A DNA stretch of 64,000 nucleotides, taken from the NCBI RefSeq assembly GCF_018977255.1, contig NW_024704743.1:112284001-112348000 (forward strand). Direction: 5' to 3'. Of the stretch, positions 59,701 to 64,000 are shown piece after piece. A program made the position numbers and the translations under genes. The stretch's first letter is position 1; each line of letters begins with the position of its first letter. The notes below the pieces were generated by a model that was given only the letters and a program-made list of their open reading frames with translations, was not told the DNA's origin and did not search any database. The stretch is from Callorhinchus milii. Its lineage: Eukaryota.

Positions 59701-62453
59701 CAGGTACACCAGCCTGCCACCTTTAACCTACTGATGGAAAATATCCTTATTGTTTGTGTAAAATAATCTTGACCTTCATCTCAAAGTAGTTCTCTATCTA
59801 TGTAGTATTATTTTCTTAGAATGTCATGTATATGGCGGACTTCTGTATCAACCCAAAAACATGCATGAGTTTTTAATGTGTGTATTTATACACCACATAT
59901 ATTGGTACATGTACACTGGTATAAATGTATTGATATACAAAATATGGATGCTGTTTATAATACAGTATTATCAATTATTTGTGGTTATGAATCTGATCTC
60001 CATTAACAGGATTTGACAGAGAATGACAACTACTTCCAATGTATTTTCAGTCACCATTAGTATTATAAATTGGTCACCCACTCTATGGCTGTTTGTGGGG
60101 TGCTGCTGTGCGCAAATTGGCTGTCGCGTTTTCCCACAAAATATATACAGTCAAACTTTACAGTGCATCCTGCGAAGCACTTTGGGACATCTCAACAACA
60201 TGATAAGGTGTTATATCAAATACAAGGATTATTATTACTATTGGTTTTCGTTCGGGAGTTTTATTTTTTCCCTCGTGAATTTTGTTAAGAAATGAAAGTA
60301 AGGGAGTAGAACATTTCCTGTTCTTTCAACTGTATATGCATGAACATAAGCAAGGTCAGATATGAAATAAAATAAGACTCGTTTCAATGACTGGTCTGGC
60401 TTTATTTGCATTCAATCTGTGCTGCGTTGTATTGCACCAGTGAGACTCTTCTGAATCTAATACCAGTGATGAATAAAAACTTCCATTCAAACAGTGCCTT
60501 TCACAAAAGTCATCATTTCAACATGCTTTACAGAGATGGACTGGAAACAGGGGGGGATGGTTGGATGGAATTGACCAAAGACAGTCAAAAAGGTAGGTTT
60601 TTAGAAGGGATCTGCGCCCAGTCTGAATGTGATTGTTCATTTAGTGTTAACTAACACTCAATGTGTAGTCAATTCATGTTGAATAAGAATCGGTTTGAGA
60701 CTATCCAAACTTATTTCACTCAAGGCCCACAGAAACATCAAAGAAGATTTTATCCTTCAGTCTGGGTTGGATTCAAGGCCAGGAGGTGAAAGGACAATGT
60801 TCTAAATCACTACACCACGCCCCTTGGACTCGAATTTCTATAAATAGCAGTTACAAAAAGCCAGTTTGCAAATATTTGCACAGGAGCCCAGCTAATCATT
60901 CATTCACCAACAGCACCATGCACCTGAACTCTACCATGCTCACCACCTTCAAAGCTCTGATAGGTCAGACAGACATGAAGAACACACCTCCTGAAGTTAA
61001 CACTGCACTGTCATGTCTACCGACTGCAATTGACTTAAACTTAGCATTGCTGTCGTGTAAATCTCTCGCCATCTTTTCTTTTTCAAAGTTTATAACCAGA
61101 ACAAAAATAGAGAAATGTTTTCTTAAACACTGCAATTTCTCCCCCCCACGCATAATCCCTGAATTGCCGACAAAAATTTTAGACTCAAAGAACAGAAAGT
61201 CAGGCAATTTGTTTGATCTGAAAAAAATGATCAGAAGAAAACACTACTATTTAATCCCTTTGTTTGCCTCAAACAGTTACTGCACTTTATAGTAAACTCT
61301 GTGGCGTGCTTTCAGACATTTTGACGACAGAAAAATCACTATATCAAATCGTATTAGTGTTATCATTATTATTATACTTCAGTGACCTTCATCTAGTTGC
61401 ACTATTGTATGCCACTAGAGGATTCAAAAGTACAACTTGTAAGGCCAAGTCTTATTTAAAGCTGTAACATCTGCCTGCACCACAGCAGCAATCTCCTGAT
61501 CTGAAAGCAACAGATGACACATGTGGAAGACAAACTGTGCATTTCAACTCAATACAGTAGAATCCCGCAGGGCCCAACATTGAATTAATGGAAGAATTAC
61601 CTTCACTACCTTTGACATCAATCATTCTTTCAAAATAATTGATGGCAACAATCAACAATAACTTGCATTTACATTGATAGCGCCCTTCACGCAAGATAGT
61701 GTCTTGGAGCACTTAAATCCTTGAGCTACATGATCAAGAAACATTCCTTATACTTCACTGAGGTACAAAAGTTACCTTCTCTAAACATCGCTTCATTTCT
61801 GAAATGCTGGTCATTAGGATGAATGATATTGCAAATAGGTCAGCTTTAAAACAAATTAGCTTCTTAATGCTTACTTATAAATGCTAATTTTATGACTCTG
61901 ACATCTAACATTTGCCACACACTCCCTTAGGTATTACAGCAACTAATTCACTGGATTATTCGGTGTAATAACACAGGCTACTATTTTTGCTGTGTAAAAC
62001 AGCAATATGAGAGAATTTACTTACGTGGCTAACAAATCAGGAAAAATAGAAGCTAAATCAAATGGACAGATTTGTTTATGCTTACCAGTTCACAAGATCC
62101 CAAGATAGATTTGGATGAAGAAGGCTCTTTGGCCCACTTTTGCCCACAAAATATACAGTCAATTCACTTTGCAATATATTCTGTGAAGTGCTTTGAGATA
62201 TCTCAACAACATGATAAGGTGCTATATCAAACGCAAAAATTATTATTAGTAGTAGTATTATCTTTCTTTAATATCCACCCTACTGATTTCGCAGCTTCAA
62301 GCTGCTTTTTTACATGACTCCAGTCTCCTGCCTCAGAGAACCAGAAATGAAACAACGTTTAGAGAAAGTAACGTTTCCACCTTAATGAAGTATAGGGAAT
62401 GTTTCTTGATCTGAAGGATTTAAGTGTTCCAAGACTCTTTGAGACAAATTTTC

Positions 62454-62765
62454 AGTCTTGTAGCTCAGTGGTTAGAGCACTTGCCTCGCAAGCAAGAGAC
62501 CTGGGTTTGATTCCCAACAGTGCGAAACCTTGGGCAAGTTTCCTTACTCCACACGCCTAATAATAATCTCTCAAGAAGAAAAAATAAATTGGTCACTTCA
62601 ATCCACGTCTGTTCGTGGGACACTGCTGTGCGCAATTGGCTGCTCCTTCGTCCACAAATATACAGTCAATTCACTTTAACGTATATTTTGTGAAGCGCTT
62701 TGAGACGTCTAGAAGACGTGAAAAGCACTATATCAAATGCAAGGATTATCATTTGTTATTATTAA
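62454..62765 (+). mobile_element. Young SINE (short form)
   Basis: Full consensus. Confidence 0.88.
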
Positions 62766-62769
62766 TTAC

Positions 62770-63160
62770 ACTCTGGGTAAAGACATACCTCCTTGTGTCT
62801 GTTCTGAAATGCCCTTTGCAACTATAAACCCATGTCTTCTTGTTCTAACACTAACTTAGTGGATCCTAAAGTTTTGTTCAGAGTTTATTTTTACAATCCC
62901 ATTTAAAATGTGATATACCTCTATAAAGTCCTATCTGAAATATCTACTTTCAAGACTGAAGAGCTGTAGCTTATCTAATCTTTGTTCACAGATCATTTTT
63001 CTAACACTGGGGAGCATCCTCGTTTCTTTCCTGTGCACTGCCTCTAGAGTCTTGGCAAACATCACAGTGTCACAGTGACCAGAACTGCATGCAGTACTCT
63101 AGGTGAGGCCTGATCAGAGCACTTTATAGCTTAAGTATGACATCTCGGGATCTGAACTCA
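62770..63160 (-). mobile_element. Old CR1 fragment
   Basis: Degenerate CR1 ORF2 C-terminal sequence (RPHLEYCMQFWS on the minus strand). Confidence 0.7.
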
Positions 63161-64000
63161 CTGTTGATTAATTATTGGCTTCAGGTACACACATAATTTA
63201 GGAAAATTCCACCATTATCTCTGCCTCTCAACTTTATCATTATGACATTAGTTAACAAAACACCAGCTCTATATAAATGGGTTAAAATATACATTTATTC
63301 TATTTTGTCAACTAGATTTAAATTCGGTGACAAAGCAGTCATATAAATAGAGCCATTGTGTGACAAATGACATTACCCACAAACATTGTATTCCTTGATG
63401 TTACTGATGTTGCAGTAAAGTCAATCCGAGCTTTAATTGAACAAACAGCCAGTCAAGCACTAATTAATCCAATCATAAAACCAATCTTAAATTTCAAATA
63501 ATTCAATATAGAAATTATTGAGGAGGAAATAAGCAACATCTTATTATAATGGACAGCTTGCTCTGAGGGCCAGTGCAGATGCGATGGGCTGAATGGCCTC
63601 CTTCTACACTGTAAGTTAGTACGATTCTGGTCCGCTAACAGTGGGAAGAAAGAAACAAGAGCCCATTTGATGTTTCTCAGCATTCTATAAACAGCACAGA
63701 AAGGAAGCAATCTTCATAATGGCACCTCAGAGATGCCGTGTTACTTAACACATCACCTATCATTTCTCTTTGTGTGTCCAGTGATAGTATTGGCAAGGAT
63801 AGGAATACTGTAGGTATAAGCTGGTTGAGTTCCTATTCCGCAGGAATAAATTCACCAGACACCTGCCAACTCTAACTAGTATTGAGGTGTAATCTGAGGT
63901 ATTTCTTAACGGGATTCTTTAAGGAATATTATTGGAATTCCCACTCAGGATAGCATCTCAGAGCGCTTAACAGTGGCGGAGCCTGACTCCGAGTCGCGGT

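Noticed and set aside
60786..61292. 168-codon ORF
   Set aside because: Non-ATG start, no recognisable homology, runs into repeat remnants

Overview
Vertebrate genomic DNA, most likely a cartilaginous fish (inferred from DeuSINE-type tRNA SINEs plus abundant L2 and CR1 LINEs). The only host protein-coding gene I can support is a complete 10-exon HNF4G (NR2A2) on the minus strand. Its CDS joins 53423-53309, 51529-51358, 50836-50742, 46717-46611, 45048-44893, 41363-41276, 41103-40951, 40297-40061, 38264-38142 and 37585-37461 (1371 nt, 456 aa, all introns GT-AG, phases consistent). Positions 1-35 kb are a gene-free downstream region; in other vertebrates this interval leads towards ZFHX4. The rest is dominated by retroposons: a young tRNA-Ala-headed SINE (long and short forms), an older SacSINE1-like SINE, one near-intact 5'-truncated L2, many L2/CR1 fragments, an eroded RTE-like fragment, a hAT-like MITE and a palindromic MITE family. 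Almost all other ORFs in the track are repeat-derived or spurious. I found no convincing novel multi-gene system. The most interesting signals are reciprocal SINE/L2 nesting near their shared 3' stem-loop, inverted SINEs tightly bracketing HNF4G exons 6-8, an exact 25-bp locally duplicated insert, and candidate CTCF/RFX/HNF4 sites. Repeat boundaries are approximate and family names are by-eye assignments.
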